Source: Steroidobacteraceae bacterium
GTDB taxonomy: Bacteria > Pseudomonadota > Gammaproteobacteria > Steroidobacterales > Steroidobacteraceae
Assembly: GCA_017853555.1 (NCBI GenBank)
Contig: JAFMJH010000006.1
Span: forward strand, 41,585 to 105,584
Reading direction: 5' to 3'
Length of the DNA stretch: 64,000 nt
Shown: piece after piece, positions 11,727-21,389 of the stretch
Layout of the letters: each line of letters starts with the position of its first letter
How positions within the stretch are numbered: position 1 is the first letter of the stretch
Made by a program: the position numbers and the translations under genes
The notes under the pieces: generated by a model
Seen by the model: only the letters and a program-made list of their open reading frames with translations
Told to the model about the DNA's origin: nothing
The model's database searches: none

Positions 11727-12187
11727 TGGATCTCAAAGATTTGTATCGCGACGTGATCCTCGATCACAACAAGCAGCCGCGCAATTTCGGCCGCCTCGAC
11801 CCCTGCGACACCTCGGCCGACGGCAACAATCCCTTGTGCGGCGATCGGCTCACCGTCACGCTGCGCATCGCCGGCGGACGCGTCAGCGACATCCGCTTCG
11901 AGGGCAAGGGCTGCGCGATCTCCACGGCATCGGCCTCGCTCATGACCGAAGCGGTCAAAGGACTCGACGCCGCACAGATCCACGCGCTGCATGCGCGCGT
12001 GCACGGCATGCTCACCGAGCACGGCGATGCCCTGCCGCCGACCGATCTCGGCAAGCTCGCGGCGCTCGCGGGCGTGCGCGAATATCCGGCGCGCGTGAAG
12101 TGTGCGAGTCTCTGCTGGCACACGCTGGACGCCGCACTCGCCCACGCGGCCGATGCACCGGGCGCGGCCACCGTTTCCACCGAATGA
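11726..12187 (+). CDS. sufU: SUF system NifU-family protein SufU
   Basis: LYRDVILDH, NPLCGD, GCAISTAS and ARVKCA. Confidence 0.92.
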   Translation: MDLKDLYRDVILDHNKQPRNFGRLDPCDTSADGNNPLCGDRLTVTLRIAGGRVSDIRFEGKGCAISTASASLMTEAVKGLDAAQIHALHARVHGMLTEHGDALPPTDLGKLAALAGVREYPARVKCASLCWHTLDAALAHAADAPGAATVSTE

Positions 12188-12203
12188 CACCGCGGAATAC
12201 GCC

Positions 12204-12752
12204 ATGCGCAGTCACGAAAACGAAGCCTTCCTGATCAACCGCGACGTCAAGGCGGTGATGGTCCCCTCGGGCGACGAGATCGAGTTGAAAGCGGGCTTGT
12301 CGGGTTTCATCACCCAGGCGCTCGGCGGCAGTTTCACGTTGTACATCGAAGGCAATCTCTACCGACTCGCCGGGGAACACGCCGACGCGATCGGCAAGGA
12401 AGCGAGCAAGGCACCGGAGTTGCCGCCCAATGCGAGCGAAGAGGACGTGCGACAGCTCGCCTGGCAGCAAATGCGCGGCTGCTACGATCCCGAGATCCCG
12501 ATCAATATCGTCGAGCTCGGTCTCATCTACACCTGCGATGTCACGCACACCGACGGCGCGCGCCAGATCGACGTCAAAATGACGCTCACCGCCCCCGGTT
12601 GCGGCATGGGTGACGTGCTGGTGCAGGACGTGCGCGAGAAACTCGAGCTGATCCCGACCGTGAACAAGGTCAACGTCGAACTGGTGTTCGACCCGCCGTG
12701 GTCGCAATCGATGATGTCCGAAGCCGCGCGTTTGCAGACGGGCATGATGTGA
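12204..12752 (+). CDS. sufT: Fe-S cluster assembly protein SufT (DUF59)
   Basis: TQALGGSFT, CYDPEIPINIVELGL, TLTAPGCGMG and FDPPW. Confidence 0.92.
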   Translation: MRSHENEAFLINRDVKAVMVPSGDEIELKAGLSGFITQALGGSFTLYIEGNLYRLAGEHADAIGKEASKAPELPPNASEEDVRQLAWQQMRGCYDPEIPINIVELGLIYTCDVTHTDGARQIDVKMTLTAPGCGMGDVLVQDVREKLELIPTVNKVNVELVFDPPWSQSMMSEAARLQTGMM

Positions 12753-13084
12753 TGAGCGAGCGCTGGATCGACCTCGGCGCGGCAGCGGAGCTGATCGACC
12801 GCGGCCGCATCACCGGCGACGTGGACGGCTGGTTCGTGATGGTGGTCGAGCGCGACGGCGAGTTGCACGCGTTCGAAGATCGCTGCAGTCACGATGGCGA
12901 AGCCTTCGCCGACGCCGAACTCGATTCCGATCCGACGACGCCCTGCGGCGTGGTGATTTGCCCGCGACACGGGGCGCGATTCTGCCTGAGCACGGGGGCG
13001 GCACTGACTCCGCCCGCCTACGAACCCATCCGCATCTTCGAGGTGCGACGCATCGACGATCGCATCGTGGTGCGCGCGCCGTGA
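12752..13084 (+). CDS. Rieske [2Fe-2S] ferredoxin (non-heme iron oxygenase ferredoxin subunit-like)
   Basis: Rieske ligands CSH and CPRH. Confidence 0.9.
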   Translation: MSERWIDLGAAAELIDRGRITGDVDGWFVMVVERDGELHAFEDRCSHDGEAFADAELDSDPTTPCGVVICPRHGARFCLSTGAALTPPAYEPIRIFEVRRIDDRIVVRAP

Positions 13085-13578
13085 TCCGGCGCCTGACTCT
13101 GCTGCGTCACGGTCACGCCGAACCCGAAACCGACGCCGGCGACTTCGCGCGCAAACTTGACCCGCGCGGCCATGCCGAAGCGCACGCGAGTGGCGCGCGC
13201 TTGCACGCCCTGCACTTGCAGCCGCAGCTCGTGCTCGCGAGCCCCGCCCGGCGCACCGAACAGACGGCCAAAGAAATCATCGCAAGCCTCGAACTGCCGC
13301 CCGAGCGCCTGCACCTCGAAGCGCGCCTCTACCTCGCCGACTCGGACACCATCACCGAAATCGCGGCACGGACTGCCGACGCGGTCCATCACCTGTTGAT
13401 CGTCGGTCACAACCCGGGACTTTCGGACTGTGCGGCGCAGTTCGGCGGCCATCGCGCGCATCCTCTGGTCACCGGCGCCTACTGCAGCCTCGCCTTCGAG
13501 CTGCCGCACTGGCGCGACCTGCCTTCGGCCGCGGCCGAGAGTCTGCGTCAGGAAGCGCCGAGCGCACGCGCGACGTAA
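13081..13578 (+). CDS. sixA: Histidine phosphatase superfamily protein, SixA-like phosphohistidine phosphatase
   Basis: LLRHG, ASPARRTEQT and VGHNP; GTGA overlap with the ferredoxin gene. Confidence 0.8.
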   Translation: MIRRLTLLRHGHAEPETDAGDFARKLDPRGHAEAHASGARLHALHLQPQLVLASPARRTEQTAKEIIASLELPPERLHLEARLYLADSDTITEIAARTADAVHHLLIVGHNPGLSDCAAQFGGHRAHPLVTGAYCSLAFELPHWRDLPSAAAESLRQEAPSARAT

Positions 13579-15497
13579 TCGCGCGGCACCCGCGTGCGCG
13601 ACACGCGAGTTTCGAGTACATCGACGAACCACTCGTGCACCGGCCGATCGAGTGCGACGCCGTGCATGTAGTTGTACGCGGCGGCCGACAAGGCACGACC
13701 GAGCGCCGCGTGATCCACGCCCAAGCCGTCGTCGAAGCCGATGTCGTTGCGCGCAAACCCCTGATGCGACGCCGGCAACAGCGTGACGCCGTAGTCCTGC
13801 GGCGCGCGACCGACGGGTGAATGCACCGTGCAGGTGTAGCGATGGAAATAACCGGACTGGATGCAACCTTCGGCGAAGAGTTGCCGCACGTATTCGAGCG
13901 AATCGACGGTCTCGGCGAGACTCTGGGTCGGAAATCCGTACATCAGATACGCATGCACCAGCACGCCCGCCTCGCTGAAGGCGCGCGTGACGCGCGCCAC
14001 TTGCGCCACGGTCACGCCCTTTTTCATCAGCGCCAGGAGGCGATCGGAGGCGACCTCGAGGCCGCCCGACACCGCGATGCAGCCGCTGTCGGCGAGCAGC
14101 CGACAGAGCTCCGGCGTATACGTTTTCTCGAAGCGCAGATTGCCCCACCAGGAAATGCGCGTCTCGCGCCGCAGCAGCTCTTGCGCGAGCGCCTTGAGCG
14201 CCTTCGGCGGCGCCGCTTCGTCGACGAAATGAAACCCCGTCTGACCGGTTTCGGCGACCACCTGCTCGATGCGATCGACCAGCAACTCGGCCGAGGCCGC
14301 TTCATAGCGCGAGATGTAATCGAGCGTGACGTCGCAGAAGCTGCATTTTTTCCAATAGCAGCCGTGCGCGACGGTGAGCTTGTTCCAGTGCCCGTCCGAC
14401 CAGAGACGATGCATCGGATTCAAAAGATCGAGCAATGAAAGATAGCGCCCGAGCGGCAACCCGTCCCACGTGGGCGTGCCGGTTTCCGAAAACGGGACGT
14501 CGGGCTCGGCGTGGTTCGCATACACGACCGCATCGCCCTGACGATGGAAGGTACGCACGAGACGCTCGCGCGTACGCCCGCCATCGAGATGTTCGAACAG
14601 CGCCAACAGCGGTCGCTCGCCGTCGTCGAGCGTCACGTAGTCGAAGAAATCGAACACCCTCGGCTCGGCGAGCTCGCGCAATTCCGTGTTCACGTACCCG
14701 CCACCCAGGACGATGACGGTCTTTGGCGCAATTTTTTTGATGGTCTGCGCAATGCGAAATGCCGCGTAGACCGTGCCCGGAAACGGCACCGACAGCAGCA
14801 CGACGTGCGGTCGATGGCGCGCGAGCGCAGCCGTCGTCGCCGCGCGCAGCGTCGCATCGACCAGCGTCTCGGGCGCCGCGAGTGCCGCGGCGAGCGGCTC
14901 GAAGGAGGACTGACTCGCCGCCAAAGATTCCGCATAGCGCACGAATTCGAAGCGCGGATCGGCGACATCGCGGATCACGTCGGCCAGATCGTTCAGGTAG
15001 AGCGTGGCGAGGTGACGGGCGCGATCCTGCACGCCGAGCGCGCCGAACGCCCAGGCGAGCGGATCACCGCCACTGTCACTGCCGTCGAATCGTTCGAGCG
15101 CCGCGAAGCGCGGCCCTTCGGGCAGAAATGTGCGGGCGGCGATGCGATGCGCGAGTGTCGGATCATCGCCCTGCAAAAACCGCAGCACCGGCGCCACGAC
15201 CGCCAGATGCTTGGGCAAGGCATCGAGAAACGCCGCGACCGATTCGCTGCGCCGACGCTTCGGCAGCGCGCGGGCCTGCTCGGCGATCGTCGCCAGATGC
15301 GGTGCAGTCAGCAAATCGAGCACCAGCGTGAGCGCGAGGTCTTCCTGCAGAGCGGCGATACCGCGCGAGCGCAAAAACCCGGTCAGATACGCCGTCGATG
15401 GGTACGGCGTATTGAGTTGGGTCATCGGCGGTATGAGCGCGAGCACCCGGCGCTCTGCGCGGGGAGCGCTCGCGCCACTGGCCGTCGCGCGCTTCAC
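13548..15497 (-). CDS. B12-binding-domain-type radical SAM protein, function unknown
   Basis: CxxxCxxC motif CYWKKCSFC, FVDEAAPP, SGGLEVASDR and YLMYGFP. The N-terminal region (PPMTQLNTPYP, LSVPFPG, VLGGG) is B12-binding-like. The GTG at 15497 overlaps the yhhQ stop. Confidence 0.85.
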   Translation of the reverse strand: MKRATASGASAPRAERRVLALIPPMTQLNTPYPSTAYLTGFLRSRGIAALQEDLALTLVLDLLTAPHLATIAEQARALPKRRRSESVAAFLDALPKHLAVVAPVLRFLQGDDPTLAHRIAARTFLPEGPRFAALERFDGSDSGGDPLAWAFGALGVQDRARHLATLYLNDLADVIRDVADPRFEFVRYAESLAASQSSFEPLAAALAAPETLVDATLRAATTAALARHRPHVVLLSVPFPGTVYAAFRIAQTIKKIAPKTVIVLGGGYVNTELRELAEPRVFDFFDYVTLDDGERPLLALFEHLDGGRTRERLVRTFHRQGDAVVYANHAEPDVPFSETGTPTWDGLPLGRYLSLLDLLNPMHRLWSDGHWNKLTVAHGCYWKKCSFCDVTLDYISRYEAASAELLVDRIEQVVAETGQTGFHFVDEAAPPKALKALAQELLRRETRISWWGNLRFEKTYTPELCRLLADSGCIAVSGGLEVASDRLLALMKKGVTVAQVARVTRAFSEAGVLVHAYLMYGFPTQSLAETVDSLEYVRQLFAEGCIQSGYFHRYTCTVHSPVGRAPQDYGVTLLPASHQGFARNDIGFDDGLGVDHAALGRALSAAAYNYMHGVALDRPVHEWFVDVLETRVSRTRVPRDYVARALGAS

Positions 15498-16258
15498 TCC
15501 GCGGCGTGCGCCTTCAGGCGCGCGGTTTCGTCGGCGCCGAGATACAGTTTGATGAAGTGCCGCGCGACGTAGAGCAAAGGAATCATCGCGATGGCCGCCG
15601 CCATCTTGTAGATGTAGTTGACCGTGCCGACGGCGAGAAACTGCGACACGGGCCACTGCTGCGGACCGAGCACGAAGGCAATGTAGAGCACCACGAAGCT
15701 GTCGAGGATTTGCGACACCGCCGTCGAGGCCGTCGCACGCAACCACACGTGATCGTCACCGGTCACGCGACGGATGCGATGAAAGACGACCACATCCACC
15801 AACTGACCGATCAAAAACGCGACCAGCGAACCGGCGATGGTCCACAAGCCCTGCCCGAAAATCTGCGCGTAGGCGTTCTGGATGTCGGGCACGCCGAGTC
15901 CGCGGTTCGCTTCGACCCAAAACCCCGCCGGCGCGAGGGCGATCGACGCATAGGCCGCCGCGAACGCATAAGTGATGAAAACCACCGCGACCCAGGAGAT
16001 CAACCGAACGCCGCGCAAGCCGAAGTATTCGTTGATGACGTCGGTCATCACGAACACGAACGGCCACAGCAGCACGCCGGCGGTGAAGTTCAAATTTCCG
16101 GAGACGCCGAGCAGCGACCACTCGTAGGGCGCAATGCCGAGTGTCGCCTCGAGCGAGAAGATCTTCACGCCGACGAACTCGGCGATCAGCGCGTTGGTGA
16201 GGAAAAAACCCGCCAGCACGATGAACAGGCGATTCGCTTTGGAGTCGGTGGTACGCAT
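15494..16258 (-). CDS. yhhQ: Queuosine precursor transporter (YhhQ/VUT family)
   Basis: Multi-TM protein with VKIF, TDVINEYFG, SLVAFLIGQLVDV and STAVSQILDS. Confidence 0.88.
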   Translation of the reverse strand: MRTTDSKANRLFIVLAGFFLTNALIAEFVGVKIFSLEATLGIAPYEWSLLGVSGNLNFTAGVLLWPFVFVMTDVINEYFGLRGVRLISWVAVVFITYAFAAAYASIALAPAGFWVEANRGLGVPDIQNAYAQIFGQGLWTIAGSLVAFLIGQLVDVVVFHRIRRVTGDDHVWLRATASTAVSQILDSFVVLYIAFVLGPQQWPVSQFLAVGTVNYIYKMAAAIAMIPLLYVARHFIKLYLGADETARLKAHAAE

Positions 16259-16276
16259 GACGAGGACCCGGCCTGC

Positions 16277-18124
16277 TCAGTGCGCACTGCAGAAGCAGTG
16301 CGCGTAGAGCCGTCCCGGCAGCGCATGCCGATCGAAACGCATCACCTCGCGTTCGACCGGACCGAGCTGCCGCTGCGTGAACTGCAACGCCTGCAGCAAC
16401 TGCGGATCGCCGATGCCGCCGTAGCGCAGCGCCGTGGCGATCGTGCTCGCCTTGATCGACTGCGCGAACTCCTGCGCCCAGGACAAATCAGGTTCGCGAT
16501 AACGCACGGTGTATTTTCCCTCGACGAGCTTCGCGCGTTTGGCGGCAGCGGCGACGGCCTGATCGAGCGAGCCCAGTTGATCGACGAGCCCGATCCGCAG
16601 CGCATCGCGACCCGACCAGACGCGACCCTGCGCGATCGCGTGCACCTGGTCGCGGGTCTTGTTGCGACCCTTGCTCACGTGCGCGAGAAACTCCTCGTAG
16701 CCGCGCTCGACCGTCGCCTGCATCAGCGTCGAGATGGCCGGACTCAGCGGCCGATCGAGACGCATCCCCGACAGCGGCGTCGTGCCGACGCCGTCGGTGC
16801 CGACGCCGATCTTGTCGAGGCCGCGATTGATGGTCGGGATGAGACCGAAGATGCCGATGGAGCCGGTGATGGTCGCCGGACTCGCCCAGATCTCGTCCGC
16901 CGGCATCGCGATGTAGTAACCGCCCGAGGCCGCCAAATCGCCCATCGATACGACGATCGGACGCTTGGTTTCCTTGAACGCGAGCAACTCGCGATAGATT
17001 TCTTCGGAGGCGAGCACGCTGCCACCCGGGCTGTCGATGCGCAACACGAGCGCCTTCACGTCGTCGTCGAGACGCGCCTCGCGGATCATCTTGACCATCG
17101 ACTTGCCGCCGATGCTGCCCGCCGCACCGTCGCCATCCACGATCTCGCCCGAGGCGACGATGATGCCGACCTGCGGGCCTTTGGCCTTCTTCAGGCGATC
17201 TTCGGCGTGCGCGACGCGCAGATAATCTTTGATCGTCACGCCGGCATAGGAATCGCCCTCCTCGTCTTCGCCGACCAGCGCGATCATGCGGCGTTCGACG
17301 TCGGACGAGGAACTGAGTGCGGTGACGAGCTTGGCGTCGAGCGCGACTTTGGCCGCGTCACCCTTCGCCGCCTGCACCGCAGGCGACAACGTCGCCACGT
17401 AACTGGCCAACGCCTCGGGCGTGAGCTTGCGCGCCGCAGCCACGGATTTGACGTAGGAATCCCAAAGCGAATTGATGAACACCTGGCTCGCTTCGCGGTC
17501 CTCGGGCGACATGTCCTTGCGGATGTAGGGTTCGACCGCGCTCTTGAACACGCCGACGCGAAACACGTTGATGTCGACGCCGAGCTTGTCGAGCGCGTCT
17601 TTGAAATAGTTGCGGTAGCGATCGTAGCCCTCGAGGGCGACGAGCCCGAGCGGCTCGAGGTGGATTTCGTCCGCATGCGCCGCGACGAAATACGTGTCGC
17701 GACTGTACGCGGTCGCAAACGCGACGACCTTCTTGCCCGACTTGCGGAAGTCGTCGATCGCACGGGCGAACTCGTCGAGCGTCGGCTGGCCCGCACCGCT
17801 CATGCCATCGAGATCGAGCATCACCGCCGCGATGCGCGCGTCGGCCTTGGCCACATGCAAGGCCTCGACGAGATCTCGCAGCAGCGTTTCGTTCTGCCCT
17901 TCGCCACGCGCCTCGGCGACGGCGAGATCGATGGGGTCGTCCGAGCGCTGCTCGACGATTTCACCCGCGGGCGCGACGACCAAGGCCGCCTTCTTCGGGA
18001 TTTTCGGAATCGAGCCGCTCAGGCCACCGACGATGAAGCCGAAGATCAGCAGCAGCAGCAACAGATGCAACACGCGTCGCAGCCCGTCGAGCCCGGTCCA
18101 GATGTAGCCGAAAAACTTTCGCAC
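16277..18124 (-). CDS. sppA: Signal peptide peptidase SppA (protease IV, 67K type)
   Basis: N-terminal TM helix, FKSAVEP (Lys), IDSPGG, AASGGY (Ser) and TGSIGI. The start could alternatively be the GTG at 18151. Confidence 0.92.
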   Translation of the reverse strand: MRKFFGYIWTGLDGLRRVLHLLLLLLIFGFIVGGLSGSIPKIPKKAALVVAPAGEIVEQRSDDPIDLAVAEARGEGQNETLLRDLVEALHVAKADARIAAVMLDLDGMSGAGQPTLDEFARAIDDFRKSGKKVVAFATAYSRDTYFVAAHADEIHLEPLGLVALEGYDRYRNYFKDALDKLGVDINVFRVGVFKSAVEPYIRKDMSPEDREASQVFINSLWDSYVKSVAAARKLTPEALASYVATLSPAVQAAKGDAAKVALDAKLVTALSSSSDVERRMIALVGEDEEGDSYAGVTIKDYLRVAHAEDRLKKAKGPQVGIIVASGEIVDGDGAAGSIGGKSMVKMIREARLDDDVKALVLRIDSPGGSVLASEEIYRELLAFKETKRPIVVSMGDLAASGGYYIAMPADEIWASPATITGSIGIFGLIPTINRGLDKIGVGTDGVGTTPLSGMRLDRPLSPAISTLMQATVERGYEEFLAHVSKGRNKTRDQVHAIAQGRVWSGRDALRIGLVDQLGSLDQAVAAAAKRAKLVEGKYTVRYREPDLSWAQEFAQSIKASTIATALRYGGIGDPQLLQALQFTQRQLGPVEREVMRFDRHALPGRLYAHCFCSAH

Positions 18125-18140
18125 GAGTCGCTCCTTGGCC

Positions 18141-19244
18141 TCAGCGGCCACCGTCGTATGAAATGCGATAGATCACGCCGGACAGATCGTCCGACACCAG
18201 GATCGAACCATCGGGCCACTGCAAAACGTCGACCGGACGCCCCACCACTTTGCCGTCGGGACGCAACCAGCCGGTGACGAAATCTTCGTAACCGACGACG
18301 CGCGCACCATCGAACTTCAATTGCGCCAGACGATAACCGACCTTGCTGCTGCGGTTCCACGAGCCGTGCTCGGCGAACAGCAATCGCCCGCGCCACGCGC
18401 GCGGAAACTGCGCACCGGAGTAGAACTGCAAACCGAGCGGCGCGACGTGCGCACCGAGGCGCTGCACGGGCGCGACCGTGTCTTCGCAACGCCCGAGTTT
18501 GCCGAACTCCGGATCGACGACGTCGCCGGCGTGACAGAAAGGAAACCCGTAATGCGCACCGATTTTTTTGACGCGATTGATTTCGCAGGGCGGCAGGTCG
18601 TCGCCCAACATGTCGCGACCGTTGTCGGTGAACCACAGCTCGCGGGTCTGCGGATGCCAGGTGAGGCCCACCGAATTGCGCACGCCGTGCGCCACGACTT
18701 CGCGACCACTGCCGTCGGCGTTCATGCGGACGATCTGCGAGTAACCTTCGGCATCCTTGTCACAGACGTTGCAAGGCGCACCGAGCGTCACGTAGAGCTT
18801 GCGATCCGGGCCGAAGGCGATGTATCGCCAACCATGCCAACGATCGGCCGTGAGCTTCGTCACGAGCGCCGGTGCCGACGGCGCATCGAGCTTCGACTCG
18901 ATGTCGTCATAACGGGAAATTTTGTCGTTCTCGGCGACGTAGAGTGCGCCACCTTGCAGCGCGACTCCGTTCGGTACGTTGAGTCCTTGTGCGATCACGC
19001 GCACCTCGCGACGTCCCTCGCGTTCGCGGATGGCGTAGACCTTGCCGGCCGTGCGCGTGCCGACGAATACGGTGCCCGAGTCGCTGCGGACCATCGAGCG
19101 CGCGTTGTCGACGCCATCGGCCCACACTTCGATCCGGAATCCGGATGGCAATTTCAACAGCGAGAGATCGGGAGCCGCAGCCATGGCCGTGGCGCACAGC
19201 GCGGACGCAGCGGCCAACGCAAGAGCCGCGAGGGATGAACGCAT
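18141..19244 (-). CDS. PQQ-dependent sugar / sorbosone dehydrogenase family beta-propeller protein
   Basis: Signal peptide, IAFGPD, GAPCNVC, GVRNSVG, HVAPLG, HGSWNR and GRPVDV. Confidence 0.82.
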   Translation of the reverse strand: MRSSLAALALAAASALCATAMAAAPDLSLLKLPSGFRIEVWADGVDNARSMVRSDSGTVFVGTRTAGKVYAIREREGRREVRVIAQGLNVPNGVALQGGALYVAENDKISRYDDIESKLDAPSAPALVTKLTADRWHGWRYIAFGPDRKLYVTLGAPCNVCDKDAEGYSQIVRMNADGSGREVVAHGVRNSVGLTWHPQTRELWFTDNGRDMLGDDLPPCEINRVKKIGAHYGFPFCHAGDVVDPEFGKLGRCEDTVAPVQRLGAHVAPLGLQFYSGAQFPRAWRGRLLFAEHGSWNRSSKVGYRLAQLKFDGARVVGYEDFVTGWLRPDGKVVGRPVDVLQWPDGSILVSDDLSGVIYRISYDGGR

Positions 19245-19307
19245 TGGAATACCCGTACGAAACGTGAGCAGGCGGGAAAGCCTGCAGTCTAGCAACGGGG
19301 CAACACG

Positions 19308-19344
19308 CGCGCCACGCAACCCGAAGACCGGGCGGCGTGGCGCG
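19308..19344 (-). terminator. GC-rich hairpin just downstream of rplS (weak terminator or 3' stabiliser)
   Basis: 10-bp stem CGCGCCACGC/GCGTGGCGCG plus an inner CCCG/CGGG; poor U-tract. Confidence 0.4.
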
Positions 19345-19353
19345 TGGTCAAGG

Positions 19354-19698
19354 TCAGACTTTCTCTTCGATGCGGGCAGCCTTGCCCGACAGATCGCGCA
19401 GGTAGTAGAGCTTGGCGCGACGCACGCTGCCGCGACGCTTGACGGTCACGTCGGCGATGCTCGGACTGTGGCTCTGGAAAGTGCGCTCGACGCCCTCGCC
19501 GTGCGAAATCTTGCGCACGGTGAACGAGGAGTTGTAGCCGCGGTTGCTCTTGGCGATGACCACGCCTTCGTAGGCCTGCACGCGCTCGCGGTCGCCTTCG
19601 ACCACCTTCACGTTGACGATCACGGTGTCACCCGGCGAAAAGTCGGGCAACTGCCGCGTCATGCGGCTCTTTTCCATTTCGGCGATTATGTTAGCCAT
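19354..19698 (-). CDS. rplS: 50S ribosomal protein L19
   Basis: [18 protein letters not shown] and [10 protein letters not shown]. Confidence 0.98.
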   Translation of the reverse strand: MANIIAEMEKSRMTRQLPDFSPGDTVIVNVKVVEGDRERVQAYEGVVIAKSNRGYNSSFTVRKISHGEGVERTFQSHSPSIADVTVKRRGSVRRAKLYYLRDLSGKAARIEEKV

Positions 19699-20449
19699 TT
19701 TTTTGCACCTCTCGCTCGGCGAGATATTCCGTCAACAGCCGACTCTCCTCGTCGGAGAGCCCGCATCCTGAAATCAAATCGGGGCGACGCTCGTAGGTGC
19801 GTCCCACCGACTCCCGCAGCCGCCACCGCGCGATCGCCGCGTGGTTTCCACCCTGCAGCACCTGCGGCACTTCTCTGCCTTCCCACTCCACCGGACGCGT
19901 GTAATGCGGCCAGTCGAGTCGCGCGGCGGAAAACGACTCTTCCACGTTCGAGCGCTCGTCGCCAAGCGCCCCGGGCAAAAGCCTCACCACCGCGTCGATG
20001 ACCGCAAGCGCCGCGAACTCGCCGCCCGAGAGGATGAAATCCCCCAGCGACAACTCGCGATCGATGCGGGCATCGATCACCCGCTGGTCGAGCCCCTCGT
20101 AGCGGCTCGCCACCAGCACGAAACCCGGCATGGCCGCCAATTCACGCGCCACGCCCTGATCGAATCGCTCGCCCTGCGCAGACAGGTGGATCCGCGGAAC
20201 ACCGGCGGGCGACTGTGCCACTGCCGCGTCGATCGCCGCGGCCCAAGGCGCCGGCGTACCGACCATTCCGGGACCCCCGCCGTAAGGGCGGTCGTCCACC
20301 GTGCGATGCGCATCCGAGGCGTACTGCCGCGGATCGACGCATTCGATCCCTGCCAAGCCACGCGCGAGCGCACGACCCAACACTCCGTGTTCGCTCGCTC
20401 CCCGAACCAGTTCGGGAAACAAGGTCACCACTGCAACTTGCAGCGCCAC
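19691..20449 (-). CDS. trmD: tRNA (guanine-N1)-methyltransferase TrmD
   Basis: [24 protein letters not shown] and GDFILSGGE. Confidence 0.96.
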   Translation of the reverse strand: MALQVAVVTLFPELVRGASEHGVLGRALARGLAGIECVDPRQYASDAHRTVDDRPYGGGPGMVGTPAPWAAAIDAAVAQSPAGVPRIHLSAQGERFDQGVARELAAMPGFVLVASRYEGLDQRVIDARIDRELSLGDFILSGGEFAALAVIDAVVRLLPGALGDERSNVEESFSAARLDWPHYTRPVEWEGREVPQVLQGGNHAAIARWRLRESVGRTYERRPDLISGCGLSDEESRLLTEYLAEREVQKNG

Positions 20450-20450
20450 G

Positions 20451-20957
20451 TCAGAAGTCCGCGGGCCAATCGACCTGGATGCGACGCGCATCCGTATCGA
20501 TCGAGAGCACATGCTGCTTCGTCACCGGCAGCCAACGCTCCCTCTCGCCCCGCACGACCATGACGGCATTACCCGGCAAGTCGACGAAACTGTCGAGGAC
20601 ACCGAAATCGACGCCCTCCCCATTGCACACCTGGAAGCCGATCAGGTCCTCCCGGTAGTGCTCCCCGGCCTCGACCGGGGGCAATTCCGTGCGCGGCACT
20701 TCGATGCGCCAGCCGACTTTGACCTCGGCGGCCTCGCGGCTCGCGAACCCCTCGAGGCGAACTTCCAGACCACTCGGGTTGGCGCGCACCTCAGCGGGTT
20801 TCAAGACTTCACGCTGGCCCTGCGGACCGACGAGATGCCAGGTGGGGTAGTCGAGCAAAGCTTCCGGGGGGTCGGTCCAAGACTGGACGTGCAACCAGCC
20901 CCGCAAGCCCTTGGGCCGCCCCAGGCGACCCAATTCCACCCACCGTTCAGTGCCCAT
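20451..20957 (-). CDS. rimM: Ribosome maturation factor RimM
   Basis: GLRGWL, DLIG and C-terminal VDWPADF; located between rpsP and trmD. Confidence 0.94.
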   Translation of the reverse strand: MGTERWVELGRLGRPKGLRGWLHVQSWTDPPEALLDYPTWHLVGPQGQREVLKPAEVRANPSGLEVRLEGFASREAAEVKVGWRIEVPRTELPPVEAGEHYREDLIGFQVCNGEGVDFGVLDSFVDLPGNAVMVVRGERERWLPVTKQHVLSIDTDARRIQVDWPADF

Positions 20958-20985
20958 GCGGGCGCCTACGGGAGGTGGGCGGCGC

Positions 20986-21240
20986 TCAGGCCGCGGCCTG
21001 CTTGCGGAAGTCGGCGACCAGCGTACGAACGCGGTCGGACGGCTTCGCGCCCTGGCCAACCCAGTATTCGATACGGGCCAGATCGAGCTTCAGGCGGGGC
21101 TCGCTCTTGCGGGCAACGGGGTTGAAAAAGCCCACGTTTTCCAGGCTCAAACCGCCCTGCCGCTTGCGGCTGTCGGTCACCACGACGTGATAGAACGGCG
21201 AGTTCTTGGCGCCGCGACGGGTCAGACGAATCGTCACCAT
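20986..21240 (-). CDS. rpsP: 30S ribosomal protein S16
   Basis: [22 protein letters not shown] and GAKPSDRV. Confidence 0.97.
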   Translation of the reverse strand: MVTIRLTRRGAKNSPFYHVVVTDSRKRQGGLSLENVGFFNPVARKSEPRLKLDLARIEYWVGQGAKPSDRVRTLVADFRKQAAA

Positions 21241-21389
21241 AGGTCTAGTTCGCTCTCGGTCTAAGGTCATCGCCCCAAAGCTTGTGGCCAAGGGTGCCGA
21301 AAAAGAGCGCGGAGTCTACAGAAATCAGGGACTTGATGGAAGCGTCCCTTTGCAAGATCGCGATCGCCGGCCGACCGCCCGACCGGGCG

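Noticed and set aside
16259..16276. preQ1 riboswitch upstream of yhhQ, queE or queC
   Set aside because: The gaps are 18 nt or less or overlapping, and there is no preQ1 aptamer sequence.
15506..18277. 923-aa + strand ORF
   Set aside because: It is the antisense shadow of sppA and yhhQ with no recognisable motifs. Long shadow frames are expected in high-GC coding DNA.
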